A stretch of 64,000 nt of DNA, taken from NCBI GenBank assembly GCA_039818205.1, contig JBCBUK010000002.1:32001-96000 (forward strand), written 5' to 3'. The DNA comes from Verrucomicrobiota bacterium. Lineage in GTDB: Bacteria; Verrucomicrobiota; Verrucomicrobiia; Opitutales; Cerasicoccaceae. Shown here one piece after another: positions 1 through 8,544 of this stretch (position 1 is the stretch's first letter; every line of letters begins with the position of its first letter). Both the position numbers and the translations under genes were made by a program. The notes below the pieces were generated by a model. That model worked only from the letters and a program-made list of their open reading frames with translations. It did not search any database and was not told the DNA's origin.

Positions 1-1
1 T

Positions 2-1075
2 GCGGTTGTCGTGTCGACGCCGGACCACTCGCACTTTGCGGCGACAATGCACGCGATGATGCTCGGTAAGCATGTTTGGTGTGAGAAGCCGTTGGCTCAC
101 ACGTTCGAGCAATGTGAGTTGCTCATGAAGAAGGCGGACGAAACAGGAGTCGTTACCCAGATGGGTAATCAGGGGCACTCGTCGGCAAACCTAACTCAAT
201 TTCAAGCGTGGACGAAGGCCGGCGTAATTAAAGACGTTACACGAATTACCGCTTACATGAACAAGTGGCGTCGCTGGCATGGTTGGGGCCCGTCGACAAC
301 TGCTTATCCACAAGAACCATTGCCTGATGGTCTCGACTGGGAAGCGTGGACGGCGACTGCACCCGAGCATCCTTACAGTAAGAAGCTTCATCCGGGCAAT
401 TGGCGTAGTTGGTATGACTATGGCAGCGGTTGCTTTGGTGACTGGGGGCCACACATCCTCGATACGGCTCACCGTTGCTTGAAGTTGGGCTATCCAACCA
501 AGATCTCTGCGCTTAAGCGGGAGGGTGCGAATCAGTATGTTTTTCCGGAGGCTACAACGATTCGATTTGATTTCGCGGCGCGTGACGGAATGCCTGCCTG
601 TGAAGTCACATGGTACGATGGCCAAGAAAACATTCCAGTAGTCGACTCAAAATATGGAACCTTGAATAAAGCGACGGGTAAGCGAGATCCTTTTGAGATT
701 AAAGCGGACCAACCGGGCAAGATTATCTACGGTAAGGATCTAACGTTTCAGGGTGGATCGCACGGTTCCGTTCTGACGGTCATTCCTCGCGATAAGTTTA
801 TGGACATCCGCAGATCATTGCCTCGCTTCGAGTCCAAGATCTCCAACCATTGGGAGAATTTCCTGCTCGCGTGTAAGGGGGAAGAGAATAGCCGTTCGCC
901 GTTTGAAGTTAGCGCACCGCTTTCGCAAGTATTTTGCTTGGGCGTACTCGCGCAGCGTTTCGGTGGTGAGCTCGAGTTCGATTCAAAGACAAAGCAAATT
1001 ACCAACCACTCCTTGGCCAATTCATTGTTGGCGCCCGCGCCGCGCTTGGGATGGGACGAATACTATCGAGTCTAA
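2..1075 (+). CDS. Gfo/Idh/MocA family oxidoreductase (5'-truncated by window edge)
   Basis: Frame open from nt 2 (AVVVSTPDH); motifs STPDH, HVWCEKPL, QMGNQG, GDWGPHILD typical of the family. Confidence 0.9.
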   Translation, partial: AVVVSTPDHSHFAATMHAMMLGKHVWCEKPLAHTFEQCELLMKKADETGVVTQMGNQGHSSANLTQFQAWTKAGVIKDVTRITAYMNKWRRWHGWGPSTTAYPQEPLPDGLDWEAWTATAPEHPYSKKLHPGNWRSWYDYGSGCFGDWGPHILDTAHRCLKLGYPTKISALKREGANQYVFPEATTIRFDFAARDGMPACEVTWYDGQENIPVVDSKYGTLNKATGKRDPFEIKADQPGKIIYGKDLTFQGGSHGSVLTVIPRDKFMDIRRSLPRFESKISNHWENFLLACKGEENSRSPFEVSAPLSQVFCLGVLAQRFGGELEFDSKTKQITNHSLANSLLAPAPRLGWDEYYRV

Positions 1076-1136
1076 CGACGTGCAAAGTGTATTTGTGTAG
1101 CCAACGCGCTGATTTCATGCGATTGCATCGTCGCTT

Positions 1137-1826
1137 ATGAAGACAGTGTTTATCACCGGTGCGAATCGTGGCATCGGTTTTGGTTTTGTTCGGCAATACC
1201 TAAGTGATGGCTGGCTGGTGATTGCTGCCATTCGAAACCCCAAAAGTGCGACGGTGTTTGATGAACTGCCTTCGGTAGATCGTGAGCGGTTGACTACGGT
1301 GGCCGTTGATGTCGGTGACGAGGCGAGCATCGATCGGTTGCCGGAAGCGTTGTCCGGAGTTCGATTGGATTGTGTCATCAATAACGCCGCCATCTCCATT
1401 GATGAAAATCTAGGAGAGTGGACGGGTGATGCGCTTGCTGAGAACTTTCGTGTCAATACGATCGGTCCGGCGTTGATCGCTCAAGCACTCGTGCCGCAAT
1501 TGAATCCTGGCGCTAAGCTTATCAATATGTCGTCCGGCATGGGTTCTTGTGAGTACAATCTTCATCCCCTAACCAACCTGGATGCCTATACGATGACGAA
1601 GGCGGCGGTAAATATCCTGTCTCGACGCCTGGCCGAAAAATTGCGGGACAAAGAAGTCGCCGTGGCGGCGCTAAGTCCGGGCTGGGTGCAAACGGACATG
1701 GGTGGGCCCGGTGCGACGATGACCGTCGAAGACGCAGTGGCTACAATGGTTCGCGTGATCGATCAGCTAACGCTCGAGCAGTCCGGTAGCTTCCTGTCGG
1801 AGACGGGCGAGCCACTCGCATGGTAG
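1137..1826 (+). CDS. Short-chain dehydrogenase/reductase (C-factor/CsgA-like)
   Basis: TGANRGIG Rossmann motif, NNAA, YTMTK (YxxxK), SPGWVQTDMGG. Confidence 0.9.
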   Translation: MKTVFITGANRGIGFGFVRQYLSDGWLVIAAIRNPKSATVFDELPSVDRERLTTVAVDVGDEASIDRLPEALSGVRLDCVINNAAISIDENLGEWTGDALAENFRVNTIGPALIAQALVPQLNPGAKLINMSSGMGSCEYNLHPLTNLDAYTMTKAAVNILSRRLAEKLRDKEVAVAALSPGWVQTDMGGPGATMTVEDAVATMVRVIDQLTLEQSGSFLSETGEPLAW

Positions 1827-1992
1827 GTGCTTGCTAGCGTCATTATTTGTATTATTTGGGTTTATCCGCTCATTGGGTCGGTGGGTCTCTTTCGATTGAT
1901 CAGGTACTCCTAAATCAGTTCGTTTTTCCGATAGGGCCAAAGGGCCTCATGCTGTTTGGGGTCAAAAAGAGCATCTGGGTGTTTGACCAAAG

Positions 1993-2011
1993 TTTACATG
2001 TATATTGTAAA
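1993..2011. promoter_or_regulatory. Palindromic operator candidate TTTACA-N7-TGTAAA upstream of the secreted-protein pair
   Basis: Perfect 6-bp inverted repeat in AT-rich intergenic DNA about 170 nt before the 2181 start. Confidence 0.25.
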
Positions 2012-2180
2012 GATGCCCGTGCTTCAGTTACTTGATTGTGATCTGAGGCACCTAATCCCCGCTTGCCCGCCTCCTACCCACATCATCTCCCCCTCTCTCC
2101 CTTACCCCCAATGGCTATATCACCAATAGGCATCACGTGTGTGGTAGATTGCTGGCACGGCGATCAACCAAAATACGATA

Positions 2181-5100
2181 ATGAATCAGATATCCCTACG
2201 TGTGTTGTCATTTTTGGCAATATCCAGTCTGCTCCTGGTGAAGAGCGGGCTTTCCCAAACCGTCAATGTTTTAGGTGAAAAAACCATATGGCATAAGATA
2301 ACGCTACAGCTGGTTGGCCCCAGTTCGAATGAAGGAGCGAGTCCGAATCCGTTCACGAATCGTCGGATGGACGTTACCTTTACGCATCCTGCCTCCAATA
2401 CTCAATTTGTCGTTCCTGGTTTCTTTGCGGCCGATGGCAATGCTGCAAATACCGGCGCGACCGCAGGTAATAAATGGCATTGCTACTTCCGCCCGAACAA
2501 GTCTGGGACTTGGAACTACAGCATCTCGTTTCGTCAAGGGACGAACGTGGCGATGAGTACCGCGAATAATCCGGGCTCGCCACTTAGTCCCTACAACGGT
2601 GTCTCCGGTTCGTTTACGGTCTCAGGCAACAATAACAAAACCGCGCCGGACCTCCGCGCTAAGGGCCGGCTTCAATATGTGGGCAAGCACCACTTGCAGT
2701 TCGAAGGAAACGGTGAGTACTTCCTGAAATTCGGACCGGATTCGCCGGAGAACTTCCTGGCATTTAATGAGTTCGACAACACTCCATCCGCGGGAAACAA
2801 GGGTATTCGCCACACGTTTGCCGCGCACGCGCAGCACTATCAAAACGATGGCCAGACATGGAAAAATGGACTGGGTAAGAACATCCTGGGAGCGATCAAT
2901 TACCTCGCTAGCCAGGAAGTGAATTCGATCTCGATGCTTCTCTATAATGTCAACGGCGATGGCGACCGCGTGTTCCCCTACACCACGAAGACCCAGAAGC
3001 TCCGCTTTGACTGTTCGAAGCTCGACCAGTGGGAGATCGTTTTGGATCACGCCGAGAAGAAAGGCCTCTACCTGCATTTCAAGCTCTCAGAGACCGAGAA
3101 TGATCAAGACCACGATGGCGGCAACTTAGGTAACCAGCGCAAGCTTTACTACCGCGAAATGATTGCACGCTTTGGGCACCACCTGGCGCTCAACTGGAAT
3201 ATTGCCGAGGAGATGTCGCTGACGACCGCACAACAAACCGCCGCGCTCCAATATTTCGAGGCAAACGATCCCTGGCAAAGCAATCGGGTTTTCCACACCG
3301 CTCCTGCGTTCGACAAAAGTTTCTGGTATGACCCGCACCTGGGTGACTCATATATGAACGGTGTTTCGCTTCAGACGCCGGAAGCCACGACTACTCAAAA
3401 CGTTTTCAATGAAACGAAGCTTTGGGTGAACCGTTCGGCGAACAACGGGCAGCCGTGGATCGTTGCCTGTGATGAGCAGGGCCCCGGCAATCTTGGTGTC
3501 AATGCCAGCTTCCCGAACAGCCGCAAAAACGTTCTGTGGGGCAATATCATGGCCGGCGGTGCTGGCGTGGAATACTACTCCGGTGGTTCTGACCTCAGCT
3601 TGGATGACTACGCTCACTTCGAGGACCTCCTGCGCTGGTCTCGAATTGCCATCAACGACTTCTTCTACGCCCAGAACATTCCGTTCTGGAACATGGGTAA
3701 CAACAACTCACTCACCAGCAATAGCCAGGCGCACTGCTTGACCAATGGTAGCAATGCCTATGTCATTTACCTGCGTAACGGTGGTACGACAAACCTGAAC
3801 CTTGCTGGTAACTCCGGCACGTTCACCGTGAAGTGGTTTGACCCCCGCAACGGAGGTGCCCTGAAGAATGGTTCCGTTACCTCAATCCAAGGGGGCGGCA
3901 ACCGCGCGTTGGGCACGGCTCCCGGAGCAACCGGTAGTGATTGGGCAATCCTCGTTCGCAAGCAAACCAGCACGACACCACCAGCGGGTCTCGCCTGGGA
4001 CGACGCGAGCAACTATCAGAACCAGTTTTTTGTCGCCGGTAGCAATCTATCAGTTACGGTTGATTACAGCGCTGGGGTGGGTAACACCGTTAACAGCAAC
4101 GGAATCAAATTCTGGTTGCGGGAACTCCGCTCGGACTGGAGCGTCGTCGGTGACTTAACGGTAACTAACACCAGCGTTGCTAACACCGTCTTCGGAACGG
4201 CCACGGGGAACCTCGCTTTGCCCTCCAGCTTGACGCCAACGGCCAACCTTCCTGCGGGCAACTTCTACTTTCTGTTCGTTAGCTTTGTTGATGACAGCGG
4301 AACGAATCGTAGCATCGGTATTCAACCGGTAGTTATCACGTCAAATAGTGGTCCTGTGCCGCCGGCCGGTGTTGCTTTGGACAATGCCGACAACTACCGA
4401 AACCAAACGTTTGACGCCGGCAGCGACCTGACGGTAACCGTCGACTACAGTGCTGGTCCGGGGAACACGGTTGATGGCAACGGTATCAAGTTTTGGCTTC
4501 GCCATCTGCGCTCCGATTGGAGCGTGGTCAGTGACTTGACCGCCTTTGACACCAGTGCTGCAAACACGGTTTCGGGCACCTCGACAACCGCAATTGCGCT
4601 GCCAGCCAATCTTACATCATCGGCAAACCTGCCGGCGGGTGATTTCTACTTCTTGTTCGTTAGCTTTGTTAACGATCAAGGTGTCGCTCAAAGCACCGGC
4701 ACCCAACCAATTCTAATTGGCTCCGGTGGAGGCGGAAATCCACAAACGGTCACGATTGCGCCCAGCGATGATGCCTTCATCCAGAATGGCTCGGCCTTAA
4801 ACAATAGCCAGTTGCGTGTGCAGCCGACGACTCGGACGAGCTACCTCAAGTTCGATGTGTCTGGGGTTAGCGGAACGGTCATCGAAGCAAAGCTGGTTTT
4901 GAATGTCGCTGCGGATGCCGGCAATGGTACCTTGCGCGTTTATCAGGCTTCGAGCAACAGTTGGACCGAGACCAGCCTATCGGCGGCAAATGCGCCGGGG
5001 CAGGGCGCCCAGCTCGGTAACGTGTCAGGTTCCTTCCCCCTCGGTAGTGATGTTGAAATTGATCTAGGAACCGGCATCTCCAACGGTGTCCTATCCCTGG

Positions 5101-5192
5101 TTGTTACCATGGACGGAGGCAGCAACGATGTCTGGTTCTCTTCCAAGGAAGGTGCGATCGATCCGAAGCTAGAGATTACCTACCAGCCCTAG
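2181..5192 (+). CDS. Secreted DUF5060-domain putative glycoside hydrolase with collagen-binding-like domain, two ~119-aa repeats and C-terminal DNRLRE/CBM96-like domain
   Basis: Signal peptide; NPF..VPGFFAADG..W..F.P.K.G.W.Y (DUF5060); DSPENFL, KLDQWEIV, LYYREMIARFGHH..WNIAEE catalytic-type core; WFDPRNGG; C-terminal DDAFIQ..SYLKFDVS..W.E..FSSKE. Confidence 0.8.
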   Translation: MNQISLRVLSFLAISSLLLVKSGLSQTVNVLGEKTIWHKITLQLVGPSSNEGASPNPFTNRRMDVTFTHPASNTQFVVPGFFAADGNAANTGATAGNKWHCYFRPNKSGTWNYSISFRQGTNVAMSTANNPGSPLSPYNGVSGSFTVSGNNNKTAPDLRAKGRLQYVGKHHLQFEGNGEYFLKFGPDSPENFLAFNEFDNTPSAGNKGIRHTFAAHAQHYQNDGQTWKNGLGKNILGAINYLASQEVNSISMLLYNVNGDGDRVFPYTTKTQKLRFDCSKLDQWEIVLDHAEKKGLYLHFKLSETENDQDHDGGNLGNQRKLYYREMIARFGHHLALNWNIAEEMSLTTAQQTAALQYFEANDPWQSNRVFHTAPAFDKSFWYDPHLGDSYMNGVSLQTPEATTTQNVFNETKLWVNRSANNGQPWIVACDEQGPGNLGVNASFPNSRKNVLWGNIMAGGAGVEYYSGGSDLSLDDYAHFEDLLRWSRIAINDFFYAQNIPFWNMGNNNSLTSNSQAHCLTNGSNAYVIYLRNGGTTNLNLAGNSGTFTVKWFDPRNGGALKNGSVTSIQGGGNRALGTAPGATGSDWAILVRKQTSTTPPAGLAWDDASNYQNQFFVAGSNLSVTVDYSAGVGNTVNSNGIKFWLRELRSDWSVVGDLTVTNTSVANTVFGTATGNLALPSSLTPTANLPAGNFYFLFVSFVDDSGTNRSIGIQPVVITSNSGPVPPAGVALDNADNYRNQTFDAGSDLTVTVDYSAGPGNTVDGNGIKFWLRHLRSDWSVVSDLTAFDTSAANTVSGTSTTAIALPANLTSSANLPAGDFYFLFVSFVNDQGVAQSTGTQPILIGSGGGGNPQTVTIAPSDDAFIQNGSALNNSQLRVQPTTRTSYLKFDVSGVSGTVIEAKLVLNVAADAGNGTLRVYQASSNSWTETSLSAANAPGQGAQLGNVSGSFPLGSDVEIDLGTGISNGVLSLVVTMDGGSNDVWFSSKEGAIDPKLEITYQP
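3981..4337 (+). repeat. ~119-aa repeat module, copy 1 of 4
   Basis: PAGLAWDDASNYQNQ...DYSAG..NTV...GIKFWLRELRSDWSVV...LPAGNFYFLFVSF...QPVVI. Confidence 0.9.
4362..4718 (+). repeat. ~119-aa repeat module, copy 2 of 4
   Basis: Same motifs, starting 381 nt after copy 1. Confidence 0.9.
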
Positions 5193-5217
5193 CTTCTTCT
5201 GCTTCTAAGCTTTGTCA

Positions 5218-5247
5218 GCAGGCACTTCGGTGTAACGAGGTGCCTGC
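5218..5247 (+). terminator. Stem-loop after 2181..5192 (terminator or stabiliser)
   Basis: GCAGGCACTTCG-gtgtaa-CGAGGTGCCTGC; weak U-tract. Confidence 0.55.
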
Positions 5248-5304
5248 GTGACTTTCCTGTGCCCCTTAACAGGAATTCTCCCAAAAAATCAAAAAACAAT
5301 ACGA

Positions 5305-7494
5305 ATGAAAAACTCGCTTATTACTCTACTGATTCTTTGCTTCGTTGCGTGCGTAACGGCGAATGCTCAGAATTTTATCGAACAAAACGGCCTCGTCGTG
5401 ATGGAGGCCGAAAGTGCGGATCTCCCCGCGAAATGGGTCAAGAAGACAACTGTTCCCGCCGGGGATCCTGATAAGATTGCCGGATTTACCGGTGATGGAT
5501 ACATTGAATGGACTGGTGGTTTTAACGGTGGTTTGGTCCGCTTACCGTCCGAAGGCGTGGGCGTCATCAAATATACCTTCACCATATCGACGCCAGGTGT
5601 TTACAGCTTCCGGTGGCGAACTAAGCAGAAGGACGCTGGACAAAGTTCCGATGCCGGTAACGACACCTACGTCCGTTGGGCGAGTGGGACGCCAGCTGGC
5701 TCGCATGATTGGACCAACTTTACCAAGGTATGGATCCAGAGTAAAACGGACTGGGTGCTCAACGTGAACGCGGAACCGCACCATGGTCAGCACATTCGGA
5801 ATGATTTTAAACGTCAGCTCAACGCCGGAACGCACAGCATTGAAATCGCGGCGCGTTCGGCAGGGCATGTTATCGACCGATTGATCGTTCACCACAGCAG
5901 TGTTCCCTACAACGCAAACCAGTTTGCAACCGCACCTGAATCACCGCGGGGCAATGCAGGCCCGGTCGATAGCGTCAGTTGCGCGAGCTATCCGACCAGC
6001 ATGCCGTCACAATCGTCGTACACCGTAGATGTGCCCTACACGGCATCACAACAGCGTGAGCTGATTGCGACTTTGTATAAGGGCGGAGTTTGGCAAGCAG
6101 CGAAGCAGATCAACGTGCCCGCTGGTAGCTCGACGGCCTCGGTTACGGTGAATCTGCCAGCGCCCGCGCTTCCAGGTTCGGACTATGAGTGGCGCGCTGC
6201 CATCCGACCACTTGGAACGGACTGGACTCAGAATCTTGACTTCTGCACCCAGCCAAATGTGGCGATTGTATCGAATGTGCCCGCCGCTGGCGTCGCGTTT
6301 GATGACGAGAGCAACTATCTGAATCAGTCTTTCGAAGTTGGTGGAACCCTACCCGTTACCGTCGACTACAGCGCGGGTTCCGCCAATACTGTGAATGGTG
6401 ATGGCGTCAAGTTTTGGCTTCGGCATTTGCGTTCAGATTGGAGCGTGGTGCGCGACGTCATCGTTTTTGATGCTGCTGCGGCCAACAGTGTATCGGGAAC
6501 GGCTTCCGCAAGCCTCTCATTGACTGCAGATCTCATCCCAACGGCCAGTCTACCCGCCGGAGATTTCTACTTCCTTTACGTATCGTTTATCGATGACCAA
6601 GGAAATAGCCGCAGTATCGGGACGCAACCTGTCGTGATTTCCGCTGCTGGCGGGCCGGCCCCGGCGGCTGGAATAAGTTTCGACGACGAAAGCAACTATC
6701 AGAACCAATCCTTTGAAGCAGGTGGTTCTTTGCCTATCTCCGTCGACTATAGCGCGGGTGAGCGCAATACGGTTGGTGCGGACGGCATAAAGTTCTGGTT
6801 GCGCCACCTGCGGTCAGATTGGAGCCTTGTGCGTGACGTGACGCTGGACGAGAGCAGTGCCGCCAATACGGTTTCGGGATCTTTGTCGGTCGAACTCTCC
6901 TTGCCGGCAGACCTGATCTCCACCACGAACCTCCCGGCGGGTGATTTCTATTTCCTCTGGGTCAGCTTCTTGGATGATCAGGGGAACAATCAAAATATTG
7001 GTACTCAACCGATCATTATCACCGGTGGCACAGGAGGCATTCCCCAAACGATTGTTTTGGACCTAACTGACGATGCCTACATCCAAAACTCGTCTGCCTT
7101 CAATACGAATCAACTCCGGGTCCAGCCGACGGTTCGCACCAGCTACCTGAAGTTTGACCTGTCGAGTGTCTCAGGAAGCATTACCGCAGCAAAGCTCATC
7201 CTAAATGTTTCGGCGGACGCCGGTAGCGGCACCCTTAGGGTCTCCGAAGGAACAAGTGATGCCTGGAGCGAGGCTGGTCTCGATGCCGCTAGCGCTCCCG
7301 GTGTTGGATCCGAGCTGGGCAGCGTAACGGGTAGTTTTCTGCTCGCGAGCGATGTCGAAGTAGACCTCGACCCGATGGCCTTGAATGGGGTCCTTTCGCT
7401 GATCCTCACCCTTGATGGCGGTGGAAATGATGTTTGGTTCTCATCTAAGGAGGGTGCCATCAGTCCGCGGCTCGAAGTTACCTATCAGCCGTAG
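5305..7494 (+). CDS. Secreted multi-module carbohydrate-associated protein (beta-sandwich N-domain, Ig-like domain, two repeats, DNRLRE/CBM96-like domain)
   Basis: ATG at 5305 gives signal peptide MKNSLITLLILCFVACVTANA; FIEQNGLVVMEAES..GFTGDGYIEW N-domain; C-terminal 403 aa colinear with those of the upstream gene. Confidence 0.75.
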   Translation: MKNSLITLLILCFVACVTANAQNFIEQNGLVVMEAESADLPAKWVKKTTVPAGDPDKIAGFTGDGYIEWTGGFNGGLVRLPSEGVGVIKYTFTISTPGVYSFRWRTKQKDAGQSSDAGNDTYVRWASGTPAGSHDWTNFTKVWIQSKTDWVLNVNAEPHHGQHIRNDFKRQLNAGTHSIEIAARSAGHVIDRLIVHHSSVPYNANQFATAPESPRGNAGPVDSVSCASYPTSMPSQSSYTVDVPYTASQQRELIATLYKGGVWQAAKQINVPAGSSTASVTVNLPAPALPGSDYEWRAAIRPLGTDWTQNLDFCTQPNVAIVSNVPAAGVAFDDESNYLNQSFEVGGTLPVTVDYSAGSANTVNGDGVKFWLRHLRSDWSVVRDVIVFDAAAANSVSGTASASLSLTADLIPTASLPAGDFYFLYVSFIDDQGNSRSIGTQPVVISAAGGPAPAAGISFDDESNYQNQSFEAGGSLPISVDYSAGERNTVGADGIKFWLRHLRSDWSLVRDVTLDESSAANTVSGSLSVELSLPADLISTTNLPAGDFYFLWVSFLDDQGNNQNIGTQPIIITGGTGGIPQTIVLDLTDDAYIQNSSAFNTNQLRVQPTVRTSYLKFDLSSVSGSITAAKLILNVSADAGSGTLRVSEGTSDAWSEAGLDAASAPGVGSELGSVTGSFLLASDVEVDLDPMALNGVLSLILTLDGGGNDVWFSSKEGAISPRLEVTYQP
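6283..6639 (+). repeat. ~119-aa repeat module, copy 3 of 4
   Basis: AAGVAFDDESNYLNQ...KFWLRHLRSDWSVV...LPAGDFYFLYVSF...QPVVI. Confidence 0.9.
6664..7020 (+). repeat. ~119-aa repeat module, copy 4 of 4
   Basis: Same motifs, starting 381 nt after copy 3. Confidence 0.9.
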
Positions 7495-7514
7495 ACGATT
7501 ATTTAAAATATTGC

Positions 7515-7553
7515 ATGGCAGGCACTTGCGTGGAGTGGGGTGCCTGCCATTTC
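7515..7553 (+). terminator. Rho-independent terminator candidate
   Basis: ATGGCAGGCACTT...GGGTGCCTGCCAT stem followed by TTCTCCTTT. Confidence 0.65.
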
Positions 7554-7698
7554 TCCTTTGGCTCATGAATGAAACTGGTCGATTGTAAAATTATTGATTA
7601 AAAATTTTACGAGCCCCCTAAATTTGAGGGGCAGTTGGCCGTTTATTAAATCAGCATTAACTAGAGTAGACTATTATCCCACACCCGATTCGTTGACT

Positions 7699-8052
7699 AT
7701 GACCAGTATCTTTTTCTCACCGCTCAATCGCGAAAATTTTCAGTTGATCCAATGTGCCACCCAAATGCTCAACGAGATCAACAAGAGCGGTAATCCTCAT
7801 ACTAAGATCGATATCCTGCACCATCTGAATGATCTGAGCAAAAAGCATGGCTCATTGAAGGATTGTGTGCTCTACGACCTCATCATGGGAAACCCGCTGA
7901 AGGACGAATACCAGTTCTTCGATTATGAAGGAAGCGAGTCAATTTTGAATGTGATCGAGTTTCACTTCTACACGACCTGCGACCTGTCGGGCGAGGTTGG
8001 TTCGGATGAGGACTACGATTACGCGAGCTTTCCGATCTACAAGATCGCTTAG
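7699..8052 (+). CDS. Hypothetical protein
   Basis: ATG at 7699 after an AT-rich promoter-like region; plausible globular composition with acidic tail; stop overlaps the convergent gene. Confidence 0.55.
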   Translation: MTSIFFSPLNRENFQLIQCATQMLNEINKSGNPHTKIDILHHLNDLSKKHGSLKDCVLYDLIMGNPLKDEYQFFDYEGSESILNVIEFHFYTTCDLSGEVGSDEDYDYASFPIYKIA

Positions 8053-8384
8053 CTAATCGGTTCCGCGGGTTGGACGGTTTCGTCGACCGAAAATGAAACC
8101 TTAAAATCGCCTACCATCGACATGAGTGGGCTATGTGGCTTCTTCGTGTATTCGCCCGACATCTTACCGAATGCGGCTTTGAGGTCCTCTTCGGATTCGT
8201 AGTCGACGATCAAATGAAAGTCTGGCAGCTCAGAAAAACTTGTCTTATTGTTCATTTTGAGGATGCGGTAGGCCACAGCTCGGTTACCTGCTACCTGTGT
8301 CGCCATAAAACGATGCACTTGGGCAATTAGTTCTTCGACGGGCGTACCATCGCGCGGACTGAAATAGACATTGTAGGATACCAT
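8049..8384 (-). CDS. Small dimeric alpha/beta-barrel (EthD/DUF6614-like) protein
   Basis: YNVYF..DG pattern, LPDFHLIVDYESEEDLKAAF, PH..L..MV.DF. Confidence 0.65.
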   Translation of the reverse strand: MVSYNVYFSPRDGTPVEELIAQVHRFMATQVAGNRAVAYRILKMNNKTSFSELPDFHLIVDYESEEDLKAAFGKMSGEYTKKPHSPLMSMVGDFKVSFSVDETVQPAEPIS

Positions 8385-8544
8385 GGTGAAGAGGCGGTTG
8401 TGTTATTTTACAACGTAAACAATACCCAAATAACTCATGATATCATCCGATAAATTCATTTATTCGGTATTTGTAAGGGGGACTAAACGACGGAGGTCCT
8501 TTTCCGAGCAATCGTAATTCACGGATCGCTCAGAACGCTCCGAG

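Noticed and set aside
3981..7020. CRISPR array or DGR template/variable repeats
   Set aside because: The repeats are 357-nt in-frame protein domains with divergence not confined to adenines; no reverse transcriptase, cas genes or spacers.
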